From assembly GCF_001194135.2 (NCBI RefSeq), contig NC_068998.1:49321472-49376254 (forward strand): a stretch of DNA of 54,783 nucleotides. Direction: 5' to 3'. The DNA is from Octopus bimaculoides. Taxonomy: Eukaryota. Shown here piece by piece: positions 38,101-54,783 of this stretch (within the stretch, counting starts at the first letter, position 1; the number at the start of each line of letters is the position of its first letter). The position numbers and the translations under genes are program-made. The notes under the pieces are model-generated. The model did no database searches, was not told where the DNA came from, and worked only from the letters and a program-made list of their open reading frames with translations.

Positions 38101-38306
38101 ATTCACTTGTGTACGCCCGCGTTTATGTAAGTGCATGTATGTGCGTATGTATAATAGTCTTATAGTCTAGCAGCATAACCATGATTGTTAATGAACAAGA
38201 TCTAAGACTAATGCATTATGCATTGGTTCTCCGCATGGTATGGTATGCACTGATAGAATAAGAAATAAGATAATCAACTCTATAACAACACTAGTGACAG
38301 TGATGA
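36997..38306 (+). repeat. Near-identical 260-bp direct repeat (36997-37256 and 38043-38306) bracketing the unit-3 terminal exon
   Basis: attcacttgtgtacgcccgcg..acactagtgacagtgatga is present twice. I see only two substitutions outside the (TA)/(TG) tract. Confidence 0.9.
37640..38020. mobile_element. Two divergently oriented SINE family A copies (37640-37825 minus, 37878-38020 plus)
   Basis: gactagtcgattacatcaacccc..acgattcagccagctcgcc (minus) and gcgtgagctggcagaag..ctgagttcaaattccg..gggtcgatgaaataa (plus). Confidence 0.75.
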
Positions 38307-38469
38307 AATACCTGGCCTTTTGTCAAAATTTGAAACCACTAATAGATTCATGTTTTAGTACGCCGGACAAAATACTTGTTAATTTAGCATCTGCCTCATT
38401 AGAAACGTAAGTAAAATATAATTTATTTCACAGAAATCAATTCACATGTTTTAATTACTTGTTCGTCCG

Positions 38470-38690
38470 AAGGTGATGGGCTGGCAATGATTGTTAGCAT
38501 ACCAGGAATAAAATTCGCGGCATTTCGTCCGTCGTTGCATTCAGAATTAAAACTTCGCCGAGGTCGACCTTGTATTTAATTTTTTCATGGTCGATAAAAT
38601 AAGTACCATTTGAGTAGTGTAGTCAATGTGATCGGTTTAACCTCTCCCCCGAAGTTGCGGACCTTGTGCCAACATTTCAAACCAATATTT
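38470..38690 (+). mobile_element. SINE family A
   Basis: gggctggcaatgattgttagc..catttcgtccgtc..cgccgaggtcgacc..ggtcgataaaataagtacc. Confidence 0.75.
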
Positions 38691-39254
38691 ATAAAATTAA
38701 CAGCGCAAACTAGAAACAATCGCGTAAAACCCATAATTTGTAAACATTAAAGAACTTTATAACACATATTTCCATAAAACATCTGCATAGTAACAAAGCA
38801 ACGGTTTCTGGCAAGACAATAAGTACCAGTTGAGCACTGAGGTTGACATAAACGACTTAACCCGTCAGCCGAAATTGCTGGCCTTGGACCAAATGTTGAA
38901 ACAAATGATTTGTTCATCTCGATAATTTTTAAATAGTAGTTTACATGAGACAATGCAAACTCGTTCGATATATTTATAAATATTGTTAAGATTTAAAATT
39001 CCGATGAAGGTATGGTACAATATTCTAAAAGGTTACATTTTAAAATAAAAATCTACAACCAAGATTCAGTTATCTTTTATATTTTTTTACTATGCACACA
39101 GTCGTGCATTTATACGCTCATATAAGCATACATGCATCACAAATGTACGTGTATACATAAATACATATATGTCTTCATGTGTTTGTATAAATACATAGTG
39201 TTATTTATGTGTATATATAAATGTATAGACTGAGACATGAAAGGTATTAATACT

Positions 39255-39306
<52 letters not shown>

Positions 39307-39899
39307 GAAACTGCCAACGTCTACGTTAAACTGAAGTTGGGACATAAGATCAAGCTAGAGGGGCATTGATTCTTTTAACATGTCTGCTTATTGAACGGTC
39401 AGCAGATTATTGTGCAGAAATACTGTAGCACTAAATATAAACTTTTTGAAATGTAAGAACATTTTTTATAAATAAAAACTGAAGAGTCAAGTGGGTAACA
39501 TAATTCTATAAATTAAAAATATCTTGAACAGAGAAAAATATTTCTGAAAACAACTTTAGAAAATCGGTTACATATCCTCCTGTAGACGAATAAAGTGGCC
39601 AGTAGATGCTAGAGTAAACTCAATAGAATTTGTTTTTAATGAAAATAATATTTTTTTATAAATAAATTATCCATAAATCTATAGAAGTACTTCACTCTAC
39701 ACCCAGATGAGAATTTCCTTACATTCAACGCAACGAAATATATAAGGAAGTAATTAACTTCGCTATAAGTGGAAAACTTGAATTGAGTTTTGGAATTCTG
39801 CCAAAATAATATGAAACAAATCCATTTTCGTGATAGCAGAGGCTTTTAAATGTTTGAAAGATCTAGCTATATTTCCACCCGCTGAAACGACTTTAAGAC

Positions 39900-41210
39900 T
39901 TATCAAACTACAGATTAACAAAACTAACACGGAAGCAAACATCAAAGGTGAAGAGACAACGAAAATTGGAAAACAGCAGGATGAAAATGAAAGGATTGGA
40001 GGTGAAGAGTCTAAAAGATTTTCGTGAGATAAGCGATGAACAAGTAGTAAAGAAAAATGAAGAACTGCAACATCTTAAGAAGCATCCGTTTTGCTTTTGG
40101 AATGGGATATTTTCCGTGGTTCATTGTGTAATTGTCCATGCGCTAACGTTAAGTAAACATTTAATGTTTGTAGTTCATCAAGTATTAACACCTTCTCAGT
40201 ACCCTGCTGTATTTTGCTCCATACAACGAGAATTTAAAATAATTTGCTTCGTTTATATAGCACTTTCTTTCCTGAGAACACTTTAATGGCGAATCCGATT
40301 TCTCGCTTTTATTTCTGAGATTTATTTGGAGAAATTCACGAGTAGACATTAAAATACGTCTTTAACGTTTCAATGATATACACAGTTATAACATTAAGAG
40401 AGTGAAAGTTTTCGAAAGCAGCCCAGCCTCTAGAAAAGTATAGATATAAATTCTATTTTATAACTGTGAAACGGGGACAAATAATATAACCGAAACGAAT
40501 ACATTGAATTGATTAAAGCTTGTACAACCTGCTTAGGAGAGAAAATAGGGGTGGAGCCAAACCGTAAAAGAGAAAATGTAGAAAAAGAGGTTCAGTGGCA
40601 AAGAAGAATCAAGCAAGCAATGAGCAGCCTGTGAAACTCATTTGAAAGAAATAAGGTGAAATGAGGGAAAAGGAAAACTAATAGTGAGTTGAACGTAGGT
40701 ATAGGGTAAAAAAAAAGGGCCGGATGTAGGCCTTGAGAGACCGAAACAAAAACCGCAGGCAGGTTAAAACGACAAATATGAAGAGGTATGGACAAAGAAT
40801 CCAACAATATAAAATCAACAGATTATTCCAACACGATTAGAAAAGATTTCATCAGTAGTTGAATGGAAAGTCGAACAGCAGTGAGTAATCTGATGCTACG
40901 GAAAGTGGGAGAATTTGGCGTAAGGTCTACGATGGTGGAAGAAAGCATAATGAAGATGCTGAATGTTTCAAGGAATTAAAATCGGAGAAATATTAAGTGA
41001 AACAGAACATTATAAGAATAACTGAAACGGCAACCGACCAGATAACAAACATTCTAAATTGGATGAGCCCAGGTCCAGATGAGGCACAACGTATTGAGTG
41101 AAAATTTTTACCATCATTACACAGAAGAATAGCCGCGCAAATGGAGAAAAGGATCAAGGATGGTTTGGGAATCCCAAAGTGGATGGCGTCTAATACTGTG
41201 ATTAAAGAAC
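39900..41210 (+). mobile_element. R4/Dong-like LINE fragment upstream of and into the RT domain, decayed
   Basis: Fragments WQRRIKQ, KRYGQRIQQYKINRLFQHD, GRKHNEDAE, NWMSPGPDEAQRIE*KFLPSLHRRIAAQM, PKWM match the NWKAPGPD..K.L.SLH.RLA region of R4-type RT proteins. Confidence 0.7.
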
Positions 41211-41639
41211 ATAATTTCATTTATTAGAATATGTGTTTTAATTACAACATTAGAGGTTTTACCTCTTATTTCTAGCAATGTACATAAGATATAATATTAA
41301 AAAATTATAAATGAATAAATCTAAATATATAAAAATACATAAATGTAGTTGCGAGTTTGTACGTCCGTATTAAAATCAAGTACAATATTAAAATATGCGG
41401 AAGGTGAATGTATAGCGGTAATACAAATAGATAAGAAAGTTCGTATAAAATGAGCAGATACCATGCTTGACGGCCGTTTCGAGAAAATATAGGTTGGTAT
41501 GGGTGTGCTTATTTCCTGAGGCTCTATTAGATCGCTAATTAGTTGTACTGTATAAGGGGATATTTAGCCCATTTATTTCTTCATTATACAGACACAAAGA
41601 CACACAGACACACACATACACACGCACACACACATATAT

Positions 41640-41994
41640 AAAGAAATGGATTTAAGTGCAGGTGATATTCAAATCTGTATACGTCCAACATATGTTACGA
41701 AGAAAACATTGGTATTATTCCAGAGGGAACAAAATGATGTAAAACAATGTGATCTTCTCACCAGGGGAAAAAAAGGGGAAACAGAGCACATCAAAACGCT
41801 ATTTTAACCGAATGTGATGACTGTGTATATGATGAAGGAAACGCTGGCAAGATATTTCTTTAAAAAAATATTAATAGATTTAACGGCAAATGCAATTTAG
41901 AGAAAGATAAGGAGGACAAAGAAAGAAATAAGCTGAAAACCAGAAGTGGAGAAACGTAGCGGTTTTCTGCTAATTTCTTTCTGTCTCCTCCTTG

Positions 41995-42065
<71 letters not shown>

Positions 42066-42068
42066 GTA

Positions 42069-42101
<33 letters not shown>

Positions 42102-42360
42102 AAATTGAATTAGACATTAAATCTATTAACGGTTTTAAAAAAGATATTGCCAGCTTTCCCTTCATTATATATGCAGTCATCACATTCGGTTAAAATTGCT
42201 TATTGATGCGCTTTGTTCTTTGTTTTACCCTGATGAGAAAATCACATCGTTTTACTTAATTTTATTCCCTCTGGAATAATACCAATGTTTTCTTCGAAAC
42301 ATATGTCGGAAGTATAAAGATTTGAATAACACCTGCGTTTAGCTCCATTTATTTGTTTAT
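41640..42360. mobile_element. Foldback/MITE-like element with about 260-bp inverted arms around a (TC)n tract
   Basis: gcaggtgatattcaaatctgtatacgtccaacatatgttacgaagaaaacattggtattattccagaggg (41658 onward) matches the reverse complement of ccctctggaataataccaatgttttcttcgaaacatatgtcggaagtataaagatttgaataacacctgc (about 42267-42336). Confidence 0.75.
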
Positions 42361-42558
42361 CTGTTATACAAAAGCATTTGACTACACCCTCGAATTTCTA
42401 CCTTTATAAGTGGGCTGTAACATCCTTGGTACTTACGTGAATTCTTTGCTACCCTGGTAACCATTTATTTATATTTTCCGTGTTATTGTAATACATTGAA
42501 GAAATACACATACCTTTATATATATATACATCTTTATATATCTTGCATTTACATTCAG

Positions 42559-43241
42559 GTGGGTGAGCAGAAAAGGAGCCCCAGAATACACACGTCCAAC
42601 ACAGCTTCCAAGAATGGCAGGGTAAAATATCGCTAGTTTGCAATATCGATTGAAAGATTTGGTGAAATTGTAGCGACGTGTATGTTTGTACAGTGTGCAG
42701 GAGAGAAGACATCATTAAGCTCAGCCATACACTCTTTGGGTGCAAAGCACACTAGTACAGAATCCTGCGAATATGAAACTGCGATGGTTTATGTGGAATA
42801 GTTGTTGAATTATAGATGCATGACATAACTGTAGTAACCAGGGCACACAACAAAATAATTTTAATTGAGTTATTTCCGAGGCAGTGAAACTAAAGTTTAT
42901 ACGATAGGACATAGGCGATATTAATATGATTGCAGTGAGTGGTAAGTTCAATGAAAATATTCGTAACCAACGTGATGGCTATTTGCATTACATGATGCTT
43001 AAGGAACGGGTTAAGAATGAGACATCTATCCACGTGTACAAATCTTAAACCGCTACAGAGCGCAAACAGCTAGCTTTCGGCCTGCAGTGCCCAACAATCC
43101 TTCGACTCTGTTCATTTAGTGGCATATGATCTGATCCCTTCAGTTGGCGTATCTTCCTTAACAGCTTCTTGCCGCGTTTAAACGTGCACTTAACGCGCGT
43201 GCTGCTAACACCAAAATTCCGAGTTCGATTCCAGGCCGTGA

Positions 43242-43325
<84 letters not shown>

Positions 43326-45305
43326 CAGCATCGAAAATACACTAGGAATGAGAACCCAAGCAAGTTGAGGACAGATATCCGTCAAATGTAAACAATGTAA
43401 ATAATGTAAATTATAAATGTTTTAGAAGTTGTCTTTTGACATCATATTTACTGGCTATGCATGCATGTATGCATGTATAAATGTATGTATGTATGTATGC
43501 ATGTGTCTATATGTGTATATGTGTATCTATATGTGTATATATGTATGCATGTATGTATGTATGCATGTATGTATCTATCTATCTAAACAAACTCGAGCGC
43601 AGACACATACATAATAACTATATTTGCATCCGCAAAATATGTATGTATGTATATATGTATGGGAGTATATATGTGTGTATGTGTGTATTTGTGTATGTGT
43701 GTGTTTGTGTATGTATGTAACATAATACATGCTTGTAATTATGTATATTTGTATGCATGTATGTATGTATGTATGTATGTATGTATTCATGTATGTGTGT
43801 ATATGTATGTGTGTGTGTGAATGTATGTGTGCATATATGTATCACTCTTTGTATGCATGTATAACGTTTTAAAAGAATTGTCGGTTTTATTACATTTGTA
43901 TTACGATCAATATTTTATTTTCAGCCGAGTGACGATCCTCCTTCAGGCTCCGATAATCGAAACGAGGTACGTAGTGCTCTAAAAATTACTGTAACTGCTG
44001 AGTATTTTCCCTGAAATATCAGTGATGTCTTTTATGCTACATTATAATTTCAGACCACAAATAAGTGTGGTGTAATGACTGATAATGTAAATAGTATATC
44101 TTAGAAATACACATCCCAGTAGCAGAGCTGGCTGTACTTAACAACAAACATGCAACGATGAATTACTACCGTGTTTTATCTCTGCTAATTTTGCGAACGT
44201 GATGTAAATGTATACACACACGTACATGTCTCCATAATTTGTTTCAGTTACGTTATGAGTGTGTGTGTGTGTATGAGTGTGTGTGTGTTTCCAGGTGCGC
44301 CGATCTAAATGATTATGGTAATTAACTTAGTAGCACTCCAGGTTGTACTTGGTGAGCAAGGTATACTGAACGAATAGCAATGTTATTCTATATCAACCAG
44401 TCAGCAAAACAATCAATGTAACATTAACTAGATAATTTATATTTAGCGCACACTAAATCCATTGCATATAAGAACAAAGGATTCACCGTTTAATGTTGAA
44501 CTCTCACTTCTTAGAAGTGCATGCTTACGTGTCCATCTAATGCAATAACAGATTGATGTGCGAATAACTAACCAAACTAAAGAAACATACGTAGGATAAC
44601 ACAAACAACACCCCTATTCATATTCCTCTCGTATGAGTGTACACACGATTTCACAAGCTAACATAAACACATACATATATACATATAAGCGACTGCACTA
44701 CTGTACCACATTTATAGTGTTTAAAATGAGAATTATTTTACATACTCGCATATCTATTCATATACACTTTGATAAAAGACAAATGCACGTACATACATGT
44801 ATCTAGATATTTTACACTACTGTATATATACATATGTCTGTGTGTATGTGTGTATGAAAGAGAGAGTAAGAGTGTATGTGTGTGTGTGTGTGTGTGTGTG
44901 TACATGTATGTAGATATAAGTGGCAGGCTTACATTATTTTACTATGAACATTATTGGTAATAAACTAAAGGTAATAAATATTCAATACGTGCACTTCCAA
45001 TTTCGTCACATTATCTGCTGTATACTAACACAACACCATATTAGATAAATATCCCTGTCTAACACTATTTCTAAGTTATACCAATAATCTTGATGTATGT
45101 AGATTAATGAAGCTATTTCACTCATCATTACGTTATAAGATTTATTGATTTGATTTTATTGACGTAATTTTACGTTAAACAATATAAAATAATATTAAAC
45201 TCTTATTTGTATACATATTTAACTAAATGCTTTAAAATTGTTTTGTTTTTATAGATGATGTCCCAAACATTATACTTTGCCACATTTCTCATTATATTAC
45301 TATAA
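42559..45305 (+). CDS. Unit 4: orphan 3' module (QKRSP exon + 42-nt exon + hydrophobic terminal exon); no signal or Cys-head exon found
   Basis: 42559-42621 VGEQKRSPRIHTSNTASKNGR; 43925-43966 PSDDPPSGSDNRNE; 45255-45305 MMSQTLYFATFLIILL*; AATAAA at 45388 and 45401. All exons are phase 0 and open. Flanking introns are homologous to those of units 2 and 3. Confidence 0.68.
43160..43410 (+). mobile_element. tRNA-headed SINE with internal (AAT)n and a tail shared with 9645-9775, internally deleted
   Basis: ..gagttcgattccaggccgtgacctg(aat)n..cgaaaatacactaggaatgagaaccc..gaggacagatatccgtcaaatgtaaacaatgtaaataatgtaaa. Confidence 0.65.
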
Positions 45306-48300
45306 CGTCTTTAAAAAAAGACTTGTGGTGCAACGCATATGCTATTTTACAGTCGTTATTGATTTGCTGTTTTCTTGACTGAAATATAATAAAACACTGA
45401 AATAAAATCTGTTTGCTTTACTTTCAATTTATAATTGAATCCTATACTGATTTTCCTACGTACAAATTGATATTATATTTATATATTCGATTATAAATTT
45501 CAACAATATACACTGACGTCATTTTCAAATAACAAACAAGGTATTGTATTTGAGGATTATGATTGTTGTTAATACTTTATGTTACAACTCCATTAAGAAT
45601 GATGGTTTTGAATATTAATACAATGCTAGCATTTTTAGAGGAGGCCTTTATGTCGATTATAGTGGTTCCATTGTCAAACTGGCACTAATTTTAATAATCC
45701 CCGAAGGGATAAAAAGCAAAGTCAACCACTGTGGTGTCGGTGTTAAGTACTTAAATAACAAGAAGAAAGGCCGTTAATTATCCTATTCGACTCGCAAATG
45801 ATTCTGCCAGCTCATGCTTTCGTCGCAAAATAATTATTACATGTATTAGAATCCAAAAATAGATAGTTATATTAATAACTGCGATTTCTATTACATAAGA
45901 TAAATCTTTCCTAGATATTAATGGAGATTCATAAATCAACCCCTCGCTGGGATATGAGTCGACTTGAAGGCTTAGATGTTGCTTACAAGGGTAAAAGCGA
46001 TGTTTCCTTCATCTAATCTTTCAGAACACTCTTTGAGGTTTTATAGTACATGCGCTTTGAAATATTTTCAGTGATATTCCTGTATTCCATTTTCTCCTTT
46101 GGAATTAATATTTTAGTTAAATGTTGTTCACTTAGCGATCGATTTATTCGAAATCTTTATACACTTGCTATTTTTACTGTTTGTATCAATAAACTTTCGT
46201 TTGAAAGTCTAACTGACATACAAGGCAGTGTGTATATTTTTATATATGAACGCATGTACCCATATAAATATATATATATATATATATATANNNNNNNNNN
46301 ATTCTATCCATAATAAGGTAAATTTTCTTGATGTAACATTTAGTATGTATACCAAATTATTGAGCGAAACCATAAATCGAAGGAAAGTGTAAGTCGTGTC
46401 AATAAAAAAAAAAAATCAATAACACACACTCAATAAAAATTTATATCAAATCCAATATCTAGACTTTGCAAATGGAGGGCCCGCATATACTGGGAAAATC
46501 AAATTCATGCCTAATAATAATCTTGTTATTTCCATACCTAACTGGAAAAATTTCCAACACGTGTGGCAAATTATTTCCTTTTAAAATACGTGGCCATCTC
46601 CCATCAGATTACGAGTTCAATAGGAAAAACCATGGTAGTATTTTCTGTAAATGTGCTTGTTTGAAATTTAGATAAGTTACTAAAGTACAGCATAATTGCT
46701 TCACAATGCATAGATATTCCCAAAATATTGTTCTGTATATCTTGAGATCTACCTGTATCTTTCTCTTAATCTCTGTAAATGCCTGAAGGGACCTTGTACT
46801 ATCATATATTGGAATACTCAATATTCCAATCACTGTAATTGTGTGAGTATATGTGCATGAGATTCTCTATAAGGTACCTGTCAACAAATGAATGTGCATG
46901 TATTTATAAATAAATATGAAAGTGCTTACGTCTGTATGTGTGTGTGTTTTGTAACTCTGCAGAAGCAGCTGGAAGTCAACATTGCTGAATAAACGCAATA
47001 GAATTTTATTTGCAATGATTACAATAAACCTACTTGTATGTGAGACATCCAGAGAATAATAAAAGTACTTGGCTCCATAAAGGACTGAGAATTTTGTTAT
47101 ATTCAACAAAACTAAATAAATAATGAAGTATTCAATTTCGCTACTAGGTGATATCTCGACAGACATTTGAGATTATTCATAAATATGAAACATATCTATC
47201 TAACTTTGTTGTTGCGAAGGAAATAGTTATATTCGAGGTTTGAAAATTGGTAAATCATCAAACTATATTCTCTTCGCCATCTACGACCGTAAATCATTTG
47301 CGATTACCACTTGAAAACACACAAGTTTTATCTAACAAATGGAAGAGCTGTACACATATCACCATTAACATTACGTCAGTGTTCAGGAATTCACATCGTG
47401 TATTAATTCGGAGATTTTGTTCGATCAAAATTGTGGAACTTTGTGTGTGTGTCTCTGTTTGTGTCTGTTTGTTTTGTGTTCATGGAAGAATCGCTACAAT
47501 TTCAAGACGTGTCATATAGTAAGAAACGTTGTTCATCTGGTGAAGATGCAAATATCCACAGTGACGAAACTCGGTTAGAGAATAAATATCAAATGATGCA
47601 ACCTGGTTTTGTCGTTATTTATTGTGCTTCTGTATTATATGTAGTCGTCTTGATCAGCTTGAATAAACGAGAAGACATGCTTAGTCAGTTAGCTATGCTA
47701 ACATAATTTCCCAAGAATGTTTTTAACCATTTTAAAGAATAGTTGGAAATTATATGGGCGTAATATGATTTTTTCTCTAGAGTTATTCTAAGAGTAGCGT
47801 GTGTGTTGAACATTACTCAAATAAAGACGTATCAAAAAATGGTCAAAACAATGTCTATCTATAGCTATCGTATCACTTCCAGCACTCACATAAATACATT
47901 CAGGCTATCGCTTTTCATATGCTAATTTACGCCTATCATTTGTACAACAAGTGAAGAAATTTCCTTCGCAAATGATTAGTCAGTCATCTCGTTGGGAAGT
48001 CAATTGGAAAAAAGAATTCATGTCCAAGGCGTGTCTCAATTACGTAATCGAAACACTAATTTTATTATGCGAACGTATCTCTAGATTAAATGTCCTACAC
48101 GTTCCAGCGGTATTTTTGTATCTCACTATGACTAAATATGTAAAAACAAAAAAAAATGAAAACATACTCAGCGTGAATTTTAATATTCATATCCGAATTC
48201 TAAAGTGAATAAAATGTGTAGTAGATTCTGGAGTATTGTGGAGAATGCAATTAGACGGGGAAAATATACGAAAACCCAGATGCTGTATATTTACAAATGT

Positions 48301-48560
48301 ATATAATTACCTCTGTTTGTGAATGACTCGAAAATATGCTAATATTAGTGACTGAATGAAATAAGTGACATTGCAGTGATAACAATACATAGCTGGAGTG
48401 TCCCGGTAATTCTCGACAGTTCCCAGCATTATTTAGCTTTACATTAACGTTATGAAAGAAATCATATATAATCCTCCGAAAAGAATAATTTCACATTAAA
48501 ATTATTACTAACCTCCTACAGAATAATGAATTTATGTGAGTGTATGTATGCTTATGTATG

Positions 48561-48598
<38 letters not shown>

Positions 48599-50210
48599 TA
48601 TGTGAATAGATAGAAATAAAGCGATAAATTAGCAAATATTCATAACAGACTTCATTTGAATCCATGATAGAAAGGCACTAAACTATCTAGTAATTAAATC
48701 TCTAAAACCACCAATATTTCAGTCAACTTTCATTACTGTTGATTAACCTATTGTTTCGTTAACGCAAATAACATACTGCTATAGAGAGACACACACATAC
48801 TTGGTGGGCTTCTGTATACAGTGAATGATAGAACATGGGATAATATTATTAAAAGACGAATATCGTAATCGCAAATACATCACTACGTCACGCAGTGGAA
48901 GGCAAATTTGACTAAGCAAAATCATAAGATCACAAACAATAAACAAGATATAAAATAAATGTATGTTTGGGTTTCTCAGTTTCAAATGGTATTTGGAAGG
49001 TCGTTTTTATTTTCCAGTGGCTACATAAAGCTTCCCAATTGTTGATATTGCATAAACAAATATTGTCTTGAATACTGCAAGTTCTACCTTTGCATTAAGC
49101 GAGTGGTCAAATGTTTGTATAACGTAAGCCATTTTCAGAGAAACAGTGCGTTAGAAGAAATATATACAACACGGCGAAAAGATAGCTGACTCTGAAAACA
49201 AAAGAAAATCTTCGAAGTAATTTCTACATCGACAAAAAAATAGAAATTAAGGGAGAAATTATATGCCAAGATGAAGGAGAAAGCTATATCATTGGTTTTA
49301 ATCAGAAAATAAATAAGTGCCATTCAATGATAAAAGTTTTGAAAGGACAAGCAGTAAGGAGACATTGATATAAAAGTGAAATTTCTGGAAAACTGAGTGG
49401 GGNNNNNNNNNNTTAGATATTTATTTGGTTCGACAATGTTTAGTCCGGTGACAAGAATGAAATTAAATAATCATTATAACATCAAACAGTCATAAAAGTT
49501 TCTACCACAGTTTCGTGGTGAAATATTCTATCGTTTAGTTAGGATATTAAAGGCGCTATGTTTCGTCAATAAACAGACCGCGGTTTCAAAGCGACGAAAA
49601 TATTTTGGCACAAATGAAATTTTAACGCTGAAGTGAAACTAACACTTTTTGTGTGTTCTCGAATGTCTGAAAAATATCTTCTACGATGCAACTCTGCTTG
49701 TTTTAGCACACGCAGATCAAGTCACTTGCAATATATATATGCATAGATTGATATATGAAGGCAAGGAGAAAGAAATAGGAAAATAGATAGATAGATACAT
49801 ATAATGCGACAACATGACGTGTCGTAGATATGGTGATATATGTAACAAACAGAATATTCTAAACAAATGCAACAGTTTGTAATATATATTTGTAGATGCA
49901 TATACTTCCGTTTATGTCACATAAACATTTAGTATATGCGTGCATAAACACGACTGCAATGATTGAAGCTGCCTTTGTAACTTTCCCATTATATAATTTA
50001 TAACAAAAATAAAAGTATATCGGCAGAGACAGGATTCAATAAATCTGACAAACATCATAACCGAAATTAATAAAAAACGATGGAAAACTTATTTATAACT
50101 TACAAACTCATATCTTGAATACAAAAGATCTGCTTCAGTTAATTTATTTGTAGAAAACCAAGCGATCTGCAAAGGACTAATACATCAAGAGACTGAGTTA
50201 AATTGGAAAC

Positions 50211-54501
<4,291 letters not shown>

Positions 54502-54748
54502 ATAAATTGTGTGATGTTATAACTGAATATTTGGTTTGTTTTTATTAACTCAAGACATAGTGAAGATCGAAACACATATCGCATGCACCAATGAAAACAC
54601 TGGAACCTAATGATTCATATTTGAATTACTCCCGCATGTCAAAAGCGTGAGCACTTCAAATATATTTGTGTAAATGGAATTCTCGATATTTATATCGATA
54701 CCAGTTTTAAGAATATAGGATTCCGTATGCGCTTATGTATATGTGTGC

Positions 54749-54783
<35 letters not shown>

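Noticed and set aside
39385-39452. Possible decayed head exon for unit 4 (..IVQKYCSTKYKLFE with donor gtaaga)
   Set aside because: No usable acceptor, the first and third Cys are missing, and the spacing is wrong. The similarity is too short to separate from chance.
36237-43966. Phase-2 reading of the 42-nt exons (TVVKIKGKFLMETR*, RVTILLQAPIIETR*) as the true C-terminus
   Set aside because: The paralogs at 20062 and 21931 have stops in that phase and the adjoining QKRSP exons are only consistently open in phase 0. It is retained only as a possible minor isoform.
46050-47706. Hydrophobic ORFs (MRFEIFSVIFLY.., MMQPGFVVIY..) resembling signal peptides
   Set aside because: T-rich intergenic DNA gives hydrophobic translations; there is no phase-1 donor and no paralogy.
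48522-48535. 14-nt segment with a good acceptor and gtgagt donor upstream of unit 5
   Set aside because: It could be a non-coding 5' exon but has no independent support in the sequence.
48986-49025. Resemblance to the signal exon (ATG GTA TTT..tcc agtggctac)
   Set aside because: It lacks the GT donor and a hydrophobic core; a better unit-5 signal exon exists at 50211.

Overview
AT-rich eukaryotic genomic scaffold with N gaps (mostly flanked by (TA)n), dense microsatellites, tRNA-derived SINEs, and decayed LINE and Tc1/mariner fragments. The SINE families look like those I recall from Octopus genomes, so the source is probably a cephalopod (inference, not database-checked). Almost all ORFs in the supplied track are microsatellite translations or transposon relics. 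The main signal is invisible to that track because it is split into 13-100 nt exons: a + strand tandem array of five paralogous units (about 1.0-6.4, 10.6-22.8, 26.6-37.5, 42.6-45.3 and 50.2-54.5 kb). Reading splice sites and phases by eye gives small precursors with a signal-peptide exon, a Cys-rich head exon ([DN]C-x2-[LV]A-x2/3-C-x13/16-C, usually |x-C), phase-0 linker exons with dibasic sites (QKRSP, KRSVD), and a 17-20 codon hydrophobic terminal exon that looks like a GPI-anchor signal. Unit 2 has an internally triplicated two-exon module, unit 4 has no 5' exons in this assembly, and unit 5 may switch between anchored and secreted forms. I do not recognise the family. All gene models are manual and need RNA-seq confirmation.
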